Positions 11,678 through 22,872 of a stretch of DNA of 64,000 bases are shown piece by piece (within the stretch, counting starts at the first letter, position 1; each line of letters opens with the position of its first letter). The notes below the pieces were generated by a model. That model had not been told where the DNA came from. It made no database searches and worked only from the letters and a program-made list of their open reading frames with translations. Source of the stretch: Kondoa subrosea (taxonomy: Eukaryota); contig BCIN01000001.1 in the NCBI GenBank assembly GCA_039545335.1, positions 860,208 to 924,207 on the forward strand, written 5' to 3'. A program made the position numbers and the translations under genes.

Positions 11678-13968
11678 ATGCAAGTCTTTGCTGTTCTCCT
11701 CGCTCTTTCGGGCTGCCTCGCTTCCCCGCTTTTGCCTCGGGCTCAGTCTGCTAGCGAAGCTGCTTCGTATGCTGGAGCTACCAGTTCCGGTGAGTAATAC
11801 ATACAAGCTCTGGTATCACGATCGCTTAGTCTCGGGTCATCTAGACATCTACCCTCCCAATGTGGAACCCAATACTGCTCTCTTCCCCGATGAAAGTCAA
11901 GTAGGATATGCTGGTCCTACTCCAACTGGAGCTCAGCCTTTCGCGATCGAAACTGCTCCTGCTTTCCCTGCCAATACAGAGCCCTTCTTCCCTACAATTA
12001 AAGCTGTGCCAGCTAATGATGTAGGTCATATTCGTTGAGTTGGCAGGCCTCTAATATCTGGTATTTGATAGTCTGCCTCTTCATCTTTCGATTCGAGAAA
12101 ATACTGGGGCAACTTGTCGCCTAAATATACTGTTGACTCAAGCGTCTATGGTTTGGACGAAGCTTCTCCTCTGATTCCGGATCAGTGCAGTATTACTCAA
12201 GTTCAGTCAGTCAATTTCTGTTCCTGTTATGTAGACGGGTCTAATCTTTCTTCACTTAAAAAAAGCATCCTATACAGACATGGCGCCCGGTATATCATTT
12301 GCTTGTTTTGTCATTGGCGAGCTTTCTGACTCTGATGTTGTAGCTACCCTACTTCCGGCTCTATACCTACCGTCTTCGCAACTCAATTGCACAATGCAAC
12401 CAGAAACGGCGGCTTTTCAGCAAAAGGTGATTTGAGCTTCTTGAACACGTGGGAATATGAGCTTGGCGCAGAGCTCTTGACTCCAGTGAGGACAGTCACA
12501 TTAAGCTATGTACAGAGGGGCCTGACGTACTCAAAATAAGTTCGGTCGCTCGCAAGACTTCAATTTGGGTGTTGGAGCTCGAGTCCTATATGGAGCCCTC
12601 CTACAGAACTTCACTGAACAAGGCGTTCTACCTGTCTTCCGAACCGAATCTGAGGATCGAATGGTAACTTTAGAGGCTTCAACGTAGTTGATGCTTATGT
12701 TGAGTCTAGGTAAAGACTGCGCTCAATTTTGCAGCCGGGTTTTTCGGTGTTTGTCTTTCCTACGTCTGACCTTTTGATTTCTCTGTCTCAAGCTTCTATC
12801 ACAGGTTCCTGAATATCAAGATGAAGTCAATATCCTTTTGATGATTGAAGAAGAGGGTTTCAACAATACTGGAGCACCATACGATACTTGCACAAACGCC
12901 GACGTCGCTAGTCGTGGAAGTATTGGATCAGCTCTTGCCGCCAATTTCAGTAAGACCGCTTTTGCTCCTACTATCGAACGCCTTCAACCATACATCAGCG
13001 GTGTGACGCTTAACACTACCGATATAATTGGAATGCTCCAGCTATGCTCGTACGTATTTGCATCATCCGTTACCACGCGCCTTGTTGAAACCTTACACAG
13101 CTATGAAACCGTTGCTCTTGGCTATTCTAAGTTTTGCGAATTGTTCACCGAGGATGAGTTCAAGGATTATGAGTACTTGTATGGGTCTACGATACTTGTT
13201 GAGCGACTACCAGCTGATTCACTTCTTTCTGACAGCTACGATTTGGCCTTTTACTACAACAATGGTTACGGGTCACCTGTCGCTGCCGCTCAAGGTCTTG
13301 GTTTCCTGCAAGAATTTGTAGCTCGCTTTCAGCAGACTCTTCTAACCGAATTCAACTCTACTACCAATCGCACGTTGGACAGCAGCACTGCCACTTTCCC
13401 ACTTAACCAGTCGATCTACGCCGACGCTACTCATGAAGTAAGTCTTCTACTTGCCGCACGCGTACACGATTGACAATAACAGGTCGTTGTTCTGGATACC
13501 ATTACAGCTCTCAACCTATCATCTGTCTTCGCTTCTGGACCACCTTCGTATGAGAAGCGTGAAGAGAACAACACTTTTGTCGCATCGCAAGTCGTACCTT
13601 TTGCGACCAATCTAATCATCCAAGTTCTGGAATGCTCAGACATGAGTCCAACTAAGCAAATGCGATTCCTCTTGTATGTCTCTCCGTTGTACTTCGCAGT
13701 ATAAGCCGCTAATGATGCTTAGGAATGACGCTGTTCTGCCTTTACACTACCCAGGATGTGACCCAAAGCAGTCACAAGGTCTTTGCGCTTTCGATAAAGT
13801 TCTCAGCGCGTTGGAGCAAAGAGTGCAAGATATTGATTTCGAGTATGCTTGCTTCGGCAACTAGTAAGCTCTTGTCCGGCTATACACGATCATCGTAGCT
13901 GATGCGATCTGTGCAGCACTGCTGAAATTGGCCAAGACGTCAATGGCCTCCCACCTAAAAGGAAGTGA
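11678..13968 (+). CDS. Secreted histidine acid phosphatase / 3-phytase family protein
   Basis: Signal peptide MQVFAVLLALSGCLA. The catalytic RHGAR|YPT motif is split by an intron near 12290-12342. Also WGNLSP, LCSYET and YADATHE (the HD/HE site). Many short introns. Confidence 0.9.
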
Positions 13969-14255
13969 GAAGACGAAGAAGAAGACAGCTCAGCGTAGCA
14001 TAATGTAGATAGGATCAATAGACTTTCAGCCTTCGTTAATTCCAGATCTAAGGGCTCTCTTACCTTGATATATTACGTGACACTTTGACCTTGTTTTTCT
14101 TTTGCGCGACCGCGATTCTCATTTCGTCTCCCCTTTAGTAGCAGGCCTGAGGCTATCCCTGCTGCATTCAGTTCACAGTTCGAGCCTTAGCCTAGCTTGG
14201 TAGCCTTAAGCTTTACTTGCATCTCTCGAAGCTCTTTCCATTTCCTTCACATAAC

Positions 14256-15676
14256 ATGCCTTCAATCCCTTCTACTGGCACTTCTGCCTATGTCAATATC
14301 AGCGCAGTGAAAGCTGAGGAATACTCTGTCAAGATCACTGATGAAGCAATCAAGAAAGCAACTTGTTTTATTGAATCTACTCAAGGCAGCCAATTCTCTA
14401 TTGGTTTTAGCACAATCCATACTACAGTCGCTTGCAAGGTCTTGATCGATGGAGATGAGCAGGTGAGCCTCTAAGACACGGTTGCAGAAGAGTTGGACTG
14501 AGCGAGACAGAACGGTTCTATAGGCACAGTTATTAGTCAGAGCGGGACATGGCGCTGGAACAGTTAGAGGCCGTCTCATTGGTGGAAATATGCTTAGACC
14601 ATTCGTCTTTACCAAGTAAGTCTCCATATTCTCAGATCTTCATATAGAGAGCTAAATTTAGTGTGTTCTTGCAGGATTACTTTGACGGGTATGTTCAGCG
14701 AGAAGTAACCTGGAATATTACTAAACGTCCGAATCTAGACGACGACGACGTTGCTTGTCAATCTGAGCAAGTTGTCAAGAATTTGGGAACGAGTTAGTTG
14801 AGCGCTTGCTTCTTGTTCTCTGCGGGCTGACTTTGCCATTGTAGTCGTCGTCGAGATGCGCAGAGTCATTGAACAGGTATCTCTCGCAACCTCAATCGAA
14901 CTCTTGGGCCTGTGCTGAACGTGAACTCAGGGTGTGAGCGGTAACAATTCTACGAGTTACAGTAATCCCATGAGCCATGCCTTCCATGAAAAGAGTAAGA
15001 AAGCTCAAATGGCCTCAACGTATGCTCCCTTTTCGTATCCTTTTCTCCGTTAGTGTATGCCTACTGACTTGCTGCGGTTTACTTACTGCCTTATAGTGCC
15101 GGATTTGGACAGGCTGAACGTACTATACCTGGAGCGTCAATTACAGTAAACTGGATCGATCAAACTTGGGCCGCTCCTTGGTGTACCTATACCTTTACGT
15201 ATAGAGATGGGGACTTCTTGGAGATCAATGGTCATAAAACTGGTACTGCCGGAATCAACAATAACGCGAGTAGCAATTCGCCGCAACCTCAAGCTGGTCC
15301 TTCTACTCAGAGCAAAAAGAAATCAAACAAGAGATCTGCTCCTGAAGCTGAACCTGAGGCATCTGGTTCGAATGCGAAATCTAAATCACCAGTAGAGACT
15401 GAAGAACAGGTAAAATATGTGCTTTGAGACCGGTAGAGAAAGCTGATCCGGCGATCACAGAAAATGATTCGTGAGCTAAAGGAAGAGAATGAACGCTTGA
15501 AGAAGAAGGTCAAGCTGGAGGGCAACGTCAAACCAGAGAGAGTGAAGAAGGAAGTGGTCAAAGCTGAGCCTGTTCCAAAGAAGAAAGTGGTGAGCAGTCC
15601 TTCTTCTTATGCGCTATGTCGCTCACGAGATGGTTTGTGTTCACAGATTATTGACCTTTCTTCTGATAGCGATTAA
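14256..15676 (+). CDS. Conserved fungal hypothetical protein (DUF7918-like), copy A
   Basis: CFIESTQGSQFSIGF, RPFVFTKITLTDDDD, FHEKSKKA and TFTYRDGDFLEING are typical of this basidiomycete family. Ends IIDLSSDSD*. Confidence 0.7.
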
Positions 15677-15927
15677 TTGGGTTTAGCTGCATTTGGGCCC
15701 TCGCGTATGTATAGTAGGGTTTAGTTTCCTTGTAGATAATTAGTTGTACTGCACTTCCAAGACATGGACATTTCCCTTGCACTGAACTTCTCCGGATTCG
15801 ACCAAATTTGTCTGCTTAGGTGATTCAAATCTGTGATTTGCGTACGGCTGCAAGCGTATGCATATGCGGTCTACTCGCTATGCCCTTTCATTACGAGTCT
15901 GGTGCGCGTTTCACGGACGTTGTTATC

Positions 15928-17530
15928 ATGCAAGAATTTCTGAAACTTGTGGTAATGGCAGGCGCTAGAGCGTTCGTTGGATCATCAGATGAATCTCATC
16001 CTGGCACACATATGCGCTTGCCTGAGATGAAGACAGATCTTGAGGATCCTCTGGTAATGCATGACTTCAGATTTCGTTAAAGGACTTGCAAACTTATGGA
16101 ACTGTGCTTAGACTCTTTCTACATGGATTGAGAGCACGCCTGGACAATACTTCTCTGTCAATTTCACTTGCGATCAAGCGTCGTGCTTCATTCGTATGCT
16201 CATAGGTAAGCACGACTAGAACGTGCAGCACTTGAAGACTGACAGGGGAGTTAGACGGCAAGCAACAGGTATGTAGGGCAATCTCAGCCAGTCTCGGACT
16301 GATCTCTAGTGTTCTCTTTGTCATACAGAAAAAGTGGCATCTTCGACAAGGCGAACGAATGTGCTTATCTTCTGTCAGAACTGGTGCAAATGAAGTCCGA
16401 CCTTTTGTCTTTGCGAAGTAAGTGTCACACCTCAATTCCCAGACGCTTTCTGATAGTTTCATAGAACTCGAGTAACGGACGACGAAAGCCAGATCTGCGC
16501 AGACAGCGCCATCATTAACGGGCTTGGTACAAGTGGGTACCAATCTAGCTATAAACAGCGAATTATGCTGATACCTTGACCGCAGTCGTCCTAGAAGTGA
16601 AAAGGATCGAAGAAAACGGACCAGAACTCAGAAGAAATCCTCGACCTCCTACTCCTTTCGAGCCATCTATCACAGACAATACTTTCCACGAAAGCAAATC
16701 CAAACTTCTAGGCAATTGTGTTGGTTTGGGTGAACCGCAATTCGTTCCTGCGGCAGATCCATATCGCGCTAGAGGATTAATGCCAAAATGGGATGTTATT
16801 GAAGAAGATCGAGGGAAGCTTTGGTTGCGTTTCGTTTTCCATTATCGTGCTGGTCGTAAGCAGTGTCGTTCCTTATTATTGCTTCTGCAATTTAGCAACG
16901 GGTGCCATTTACAGATGTCCTGGAAATGCTCGGTTTTAAAGAACCCTCTAAAGATCCGCCTCCTCCTGCTCGCGTAGCCCATTCACCAGCTAAATCAGTA
17001 GCGACAAATCAATTTGATGGAGGTGCGTGGCGCTCATAGTCTTGCTCATTGTAGAGCTTAGTACAGAATGTTGTCCACAGGATGGTCACCTGAAGGCTCA
17101 CCTGAACCGCAGCAGAGAGCGGCTTCAACAGCTACGAACGGAGATGTGCAATACCTCGCTACGGCTCAAAAACAACTTCCTGGTGAAGCTATCGTGATCC
17201 CTGATTCGGACGATGAAGATGACGAGGATGCAGAGACTATGGCTCTCAAGGTCAGTGCTTCTCGAAGATGTTACTTTTTGACTTCTTTGATATTTATGCG
17301 ACTGCCAGGCTCGAATCGATGCTGTGAAAGAAGAGAATGCCCGACTGAGGGAAAGAGCAGCAAGTGTTGTGGTCAAGCGCGAACGATTGGACAGTGCACC
17401 AGCTGAATTGCCTCCTTCCAAACGAGGAAGAGCAGAAGATGAAGGAGAGGTCAGTCTGATCGCAAGAAAACCGCATACTCAGTAGCTCAAGATCGTGCAG
17501 ATCGATTTGACTCAAGAGGATGATGAATAG
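15928..17530 (+). CDS. Conserved fungal hypothetical protein (DUF7918-like), copy B; start codon uncertain
   Basis: TWIESTPGQYFSVNF, RPFVFAK..VTDDESQIC, FHESKSKLLG and RFVFHYR match the motifs of copy A. Ends LKIVQIDLTQEDDE*. Confidence 0.65.
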
Positions 17531-17712
17531 AGAGGGACGATACCCATCAGAATAAGTAAACACATCTTGGGTTTTTGTTTCCTTGTACAATATTTGCATG
17601 CTTTTCTCCTCATAAAATGCTTGAAAACAATGAATGTATGATAAATGCTAACTTCTATGCCATACTGCTATTACTGACTCTCACCCAATTATCAATGCGC
17701 AACTTCCCCTAT

Positions 17713-19666
17713 TCAAAGCGATGGAGCAGAGGTCAAGAACAGCTCAGATGAACGACTCTTGACCCATCTAGTAACTGCATGTGCACCGGCTACAGCAGCA
17801 TTCTTTGGCAAAAGAGGTGCGAAAGCTATATAAACTTCAAAAGCTGATGTGATCCAGCCTAAAACGCTTTCGTTCTCGGACCGCAGGTAAATTAGTTTGA
17901 CCGGTTGACGACCTTGACCATACGTTGGAGGCCGAAGATGTATCTGATCATGTATTCTTTGGTAGAGGGTTATCAACCTGTTATACTGTGTCAACGTCGA
18001 CCAGAGGACAGAGGGGAAAGAGATGTACTGTCGCTTGTTGTTCTCCTCTTCGTACTCTCCCTCCCAAGCTGGTGAGGTGATTTGTACATAGGTACGGGAC
18101 TTGTAGACAAAGTGTCTTAGACCGGGAATTGAGAGGTCACCTGTCGGCAAGTCAGCATTCGAAAGGTTAGGGAGTCTCGATTCACATACCAACTTGATAA
18201 GAATGATTTGAAAGTGCATGATCCAGCGGACGCAGAGCAGTGCTGTTGGCCAATTTCTGTCAAAGCAACACGAAATCCGAATTTCGGCAACGAAACTCCT
18301 CGTATGATGTTGACTGACATTTGCTACCGCTTCTTTCCACTCCCTAACCTCAAAGAAAGCTTCTTTATCCACACTAACAAAGACCAAGCCAACATCCCGG
18401 TTAATGAAACTGATCAGAGCATGCAAGAATCCAGTAGCGTTGAACCGAGGTAAACATATTGGAATCCAAGATTCTGAACCGAGTGCAACGAGAGAAGGCG
18501 AGGAGTAGATAGTGTTTAGGAGCAAGTGTAGGTCAGCAGGATGTACAGAGTGTTTCTTTGGTCTGATTAGGGTGACGACTTTGCCTGCTGCGATAACAAG
18601 TACGTAAAGCACATCCTGTAATAATCTATGACACGCAATTCAAGTAACATTGATTGGGTTGAGCTTACCAAACGATTCTTCGTTGTTGGAATCAGAAGTT
18701 TGCTAATCTCTTCTCTTACCGCAGCATCCAATTTTAATACTTCCAAAGCGCCCATGAGCATAGAAAAATGTGTTTGCAGTCGAGTGACGAGTGAAGCTAT
18801 AATAGAGTCTGTTCCTTGCAATAATCGACGAAGATCAAAGTTGTTGTGCTGCTTGAAAGTACGTTGAAGCTGAGATAGGGAGACGACGGAAAGAATGTGT
18901 AGATGAAGGTAATCTAAATGTGTGCGAAGCTGTACCAGTAATTAGATTTAGGTATGCTGGAAGAAACAGCAAAACGAACGACAGATTCTGGTTCTCCCCA
19001 ATCTGATACACAGACAAAGTAGAGAGGCGCTTTGAGAAGAAAAGAGATCTTGTCTTGCCCAGCGTTGATGTAGCGGATTTTGTCTCCTGCGTCTGCAAAA
19101 ATGGAGATGATAGCTTGCATTACGCCGACCAGAGTAGTGACGGCTTCATCATCTTCGTCTTCTGATGCATAGACTGGTTTACCAGCGCTTGTGAGCACGT
19201 AATATTTGCGTTTGGTAGTGCCGAGCTTGGAGGTGGATGCTACCGGTGAGGTGTCTTCTGCTTCCTGTATCGATCGCGACAAGCTAGAGGGCGCATTGAC
19301 TACATATAATGAGTCTTGCCATATCACAGAACTATAGATCATACCTTTGCTAGCTACCGAAGAAGTAGAGACCCGTCTGGACACCTTTGACCGCTGAAGT
19401 GTCGCTAGCAACCTTTCTCGTGGATCCCCATCCCTCTCTTTTCCTTTCCCTCCAGACTGTGAGAACGAGTCTACAGTGACGCTATCGCCAAAGTAGTCTG
19501 CCGAAGAAGTAGACTCTAGATGCGAAGGTGTAAAGATCTCGCTCGCGGATGCGCTATCGTCAAAGGTACTTGACACATGGGAGCGCTTTGTGATACGTTG
19601 ACTAGATAAAAGAGAAGGAAGAGAGGGCTTCGAGAGCAGGTTCGGAGTGTTGTTGAGTTTGGACAT
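17713..19666 (-). CDS. MON1: Vacuolar fusion protein Mon1 (Ypt7/Rab7 GEF subunit)
   Basis: KYYVLTSAGKPVY, GVMQAIISIF, LKAPLYFVCVSDWGEPES, ESWIPICLPRFNATGFLHA, GLRHFVYKSR. Confidence 0.93.
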
Positions 19667-19959
19667 CAAAGGATGTTGACCAGCACAGTGACCCAAGGGC
19701 TTTCGATGGAGTCTGACTAGACTGGGGTATCCTCATGCACGCAGCCTGCCATAGCGCTCGCGAATATAGTAGGAGAAGATCTTGAGCTTCTGCCTTTCCG
19801 CGGTTGCTATAGGAGACCTTGGAGACAGATTGTTTCAATGCAATTCCACTCAGACTATTTATGCGCTTTCCTTCTTGATCTTATACTACGTCTTCAGTCT
19901 CTTTTTGGCTTTCTGTTCTCGAGCTGGACTCACCCTAATTTGTACAATCTCATAAGACT

Positions 19960-21680
19960 ATGGATGAGCGAACTCTTAATCTCTTAGGGGCTTTCATTCA
20001 GCTCTTTCTTACCGGCATCTGTTTTATGCTCGGCGTGCTGGCCATCCAATCTATCGACAGTGCTAGAAAGATCACATGGAGAGCTATCTTCTGCGTCCTG
20101 CTGCTGGCTCTGTTCCTGGTTGACGCAGGCTTTCAAAGCTGTAGCGCTTTCTTGAGAATCACATCGTTGGGCGATTCAAGTCGCTGGCGATACATGCACT
20201 CAGCCTTTCTAGGTGGAATCATCTTTATGGCTCAAAACTACTTGTGAGCTTTCGACGCTCGAGCAGTTCTCGCGTGGTCGCTCATTCATGCACATAGCGC
20301 TCACTTTCGGTTGCGCCCTGTGGTGAAGAACATCGTCCCAATTGTCATCAGCTCACTATCTGTTCTGCAATTCGTCCTTAGCATTCGTACGCTTTTCCCT
20401 GCACGCTGCGGTCATTGCTGATAGATTATGTAGTACTCACCTTCTTCATCCGGGATAACAAAGACTATGTCTTGGAAGGACCAGATAGCGGCAATCGCTA
20501 CATGCCTGGCATCGCTTTCCGTAAGTTCTCATTTGAGATTATAGAGGTTGAGCTGACTTGAACCTTCAAGTCGCACCCGCTGTGGCAGGTCTCGTTATCC
20601 TAGTGACTACTTCTACTGTACAGAAACACCTTGTTTGCAACTGCAAGTGGGGACTTAAGCGCAATATCTTCCTTCTCAATGAGGTACGTAATGCGTTTGC
20701 CGTGACGCATTCGCGTCTGATGGTGGTCTGTAGATGCAAGTGCTTCCATTTGGAATATCTCTAGCTACCTTCCTCTTGTTTATGCTCAGAAGCGATACCA
20801 TCTACTTCCTCTTGACGCTCATCCAAGGCCCGGTCTACGTCTTTACGGTCTTCTGTTCTTTCCTCATCCAGTTCAACACTTCAAGCGATCGAAGGAAGAG
20901 CATGTTTTCGCAAGATACTTGGAAAGACACGCTCTCCCCGGAAACGAAGAGGATTGATAGCTATTCCGAACTGAAGAAGGTCAGGTCAAGCTCTATTGCA
21001 TTCCCGATCTTCTGGCTGATGTACTTTGTTACAGGTCATCTCTTTACCTCAAGCTACTCCTGACCCACTCTTGCATCGTTTGCCAACTGATCCATTTGCC
21101 GATGCATCCAAATCACCAATGGAAATCATCTTTCATCAAGCAGATGCTTCCAGTCCAACTCTTGCTCGACCTCAAGTGCAACCTCAACCAACTTATCAGA
21201 TCGACCTCTCCAGCCTCTCTGTTCCGTCTGAAAGTAGACCTGATTCAGACGACCGAAGCGTCTATTCAAGAAGCAGTGCTAGAGCTTCTGGTTTCACTTC
21301 TCGTTGGAACACAGCAATGCAAGACTTAACACCAGCGGCAGGAGAAGAAGAAACAGAAGTATGCGCAAAGAATGTGTCTAGGTTTTCAGCGGATACAAAA
21401 GCTCCAGTCAGTCTTCTTTTACATACATCAGTTTAGCTGATTAACACGATACTCGCAGCCTCAATTTGCTGGAATTACTATGCCTAAATTCCCAAAACTC
21501 GGTCTTGGTAATCTAGGTAGTAGCGGTGGACCTTCTTTACCTTCTCGTCCATCACCAAAAACACAAACTTCCAATGACAATTTGTTGAAAGTATCGAAAC
21601 CTGGTAGACCTGGTAGAGAGAAAGGTGATACGTTGCATGATTATGAATGGTCTTCAAGACCTAGGATTGGAGGGCGGTAG
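19960..21680 (+). CDS. Hypothetical multi-pass membrane protein with a long disordered C-terminal tail
   Basis: Hydrophobic segments LLGAFIQLFLTGICFMLGVLAI, AIFCVLLLALFLVDAGF and PFGISLATFLLFML, followed by a Ser/Pro-rich tail. Canonical introns link the ORF fragments. Confidence 0.6.
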
Positions 21681-22872
21681 TAGAAACAAAAAGAATGGAC
21701 AGTATAAAGGAAGTAATAGCGCGCCGGTCGTTAGAGCAGTCAGTGTACAAAAAGGTGTAATAGAAGCATTTTGTAGCAATAACACACTCCTTTTGAAGAG
21801 ACTAAAGGCATAAAGCATTCTGAAGGCGAACGTGTCTTCTCAGGCTGGAGCTGATCAGAATGGAAATTCTGAACTCAGTACCGACACCGCAGTGCGGCCC
21901 AATGTCACAAAGACGTCACGCAGAGCACAGAGACGACAGCAAGAGAAATAAGGAAAGCCGACGGTGGCAATAAGCCAAATGTTGCTCAGAAACAGCTTGG
22001 AACAAAGACAAATCACAGTAGAAGCTGAAGGGCTGAAAGAACAACAGTATACAAAGAAAGCCAAGCCTTGCAATGCAATGTAGCTGTAGACCGATTCATG
22101 CAAATGAACTATTCCCAGCCAGATTTGAGCCAATAGACTCTAAATCTTCAGATGTGGCTCATCCAGCTATCCTCTTCGAACGATGCAATTTCTGCGGGTA
22201 TCAGAGCTGGTTTGATTTCAGGCATTGGTGGTCAGAAGGAACCGGAGCGAACCAATTTCTCAGCTCTTTGCTCAGCGAGAACTTGAAAGACATAGTAATC
22301 ATAGCTGTGTATTACTGTAAACTTGCATACAATGCATCTTTGAGTTTTATGGACTTGCCCAAAACAGACTCTTTTCGCAAACACTTCGCTTCGTCTCGAG
22401 ACTTCGGTGGCGTTGTCCCCGCAAAATCCTCAACTGCTCTTGCAACAGCATACAATCGCTTCAGGCTTTCACTAGCTCTGCAACGAACTACTTCTCACCC
22501 TTTCAAGCCTGGAATTGACGACAAATCGAATCTTACGTGGTCGGCAACGCCCCTATCGCACAGCAAAATTTTGCAGAGCCAAGGGCTGCTAGATCAAGTG
22601 TACTGCTACCACTGTGTAAGCCCTCTGCTCCGCTTCTCTCTCCTGTCAATTTCTGTTATTTCGAATTTTCGCTCGGGCAAATTCTTCCGAACGTGCCTTC
22701 TTGTGCCAAAAACTCAACACCTCATTTTGGCTGTTCTGCCTTGCTAGAACGCTCTACAAGTCTTATCAATGTATACTGACACGCTTGTCGTTTCAATAGG
22801 TTTGGTGAATCCTCATATTTGAAGAGGAGGTCATCCGAACATTAGTGGAGGTTGCTCCATGCCTAGAGGGCA

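Noticed and set aside
15020..15096. Second apparent 1-nt exon pattern (ttag-T-gtatgc) within an intron of DUF7918-like copy A
   Set aside because: The single longer intron already keeps the frame (AC|T GCC GGA TTT). Including the T would frameshift.
15678..15726. Two gggtttag telomere-like words
   Set aside because: Isolated and not tandem. Lies in a 3' UTR.
22073..22747. 224-aa ORF upstream of EPL1
   Set aside because: No recognisable motif and low-information composition. Probably promoter or 5' UTR sequence.
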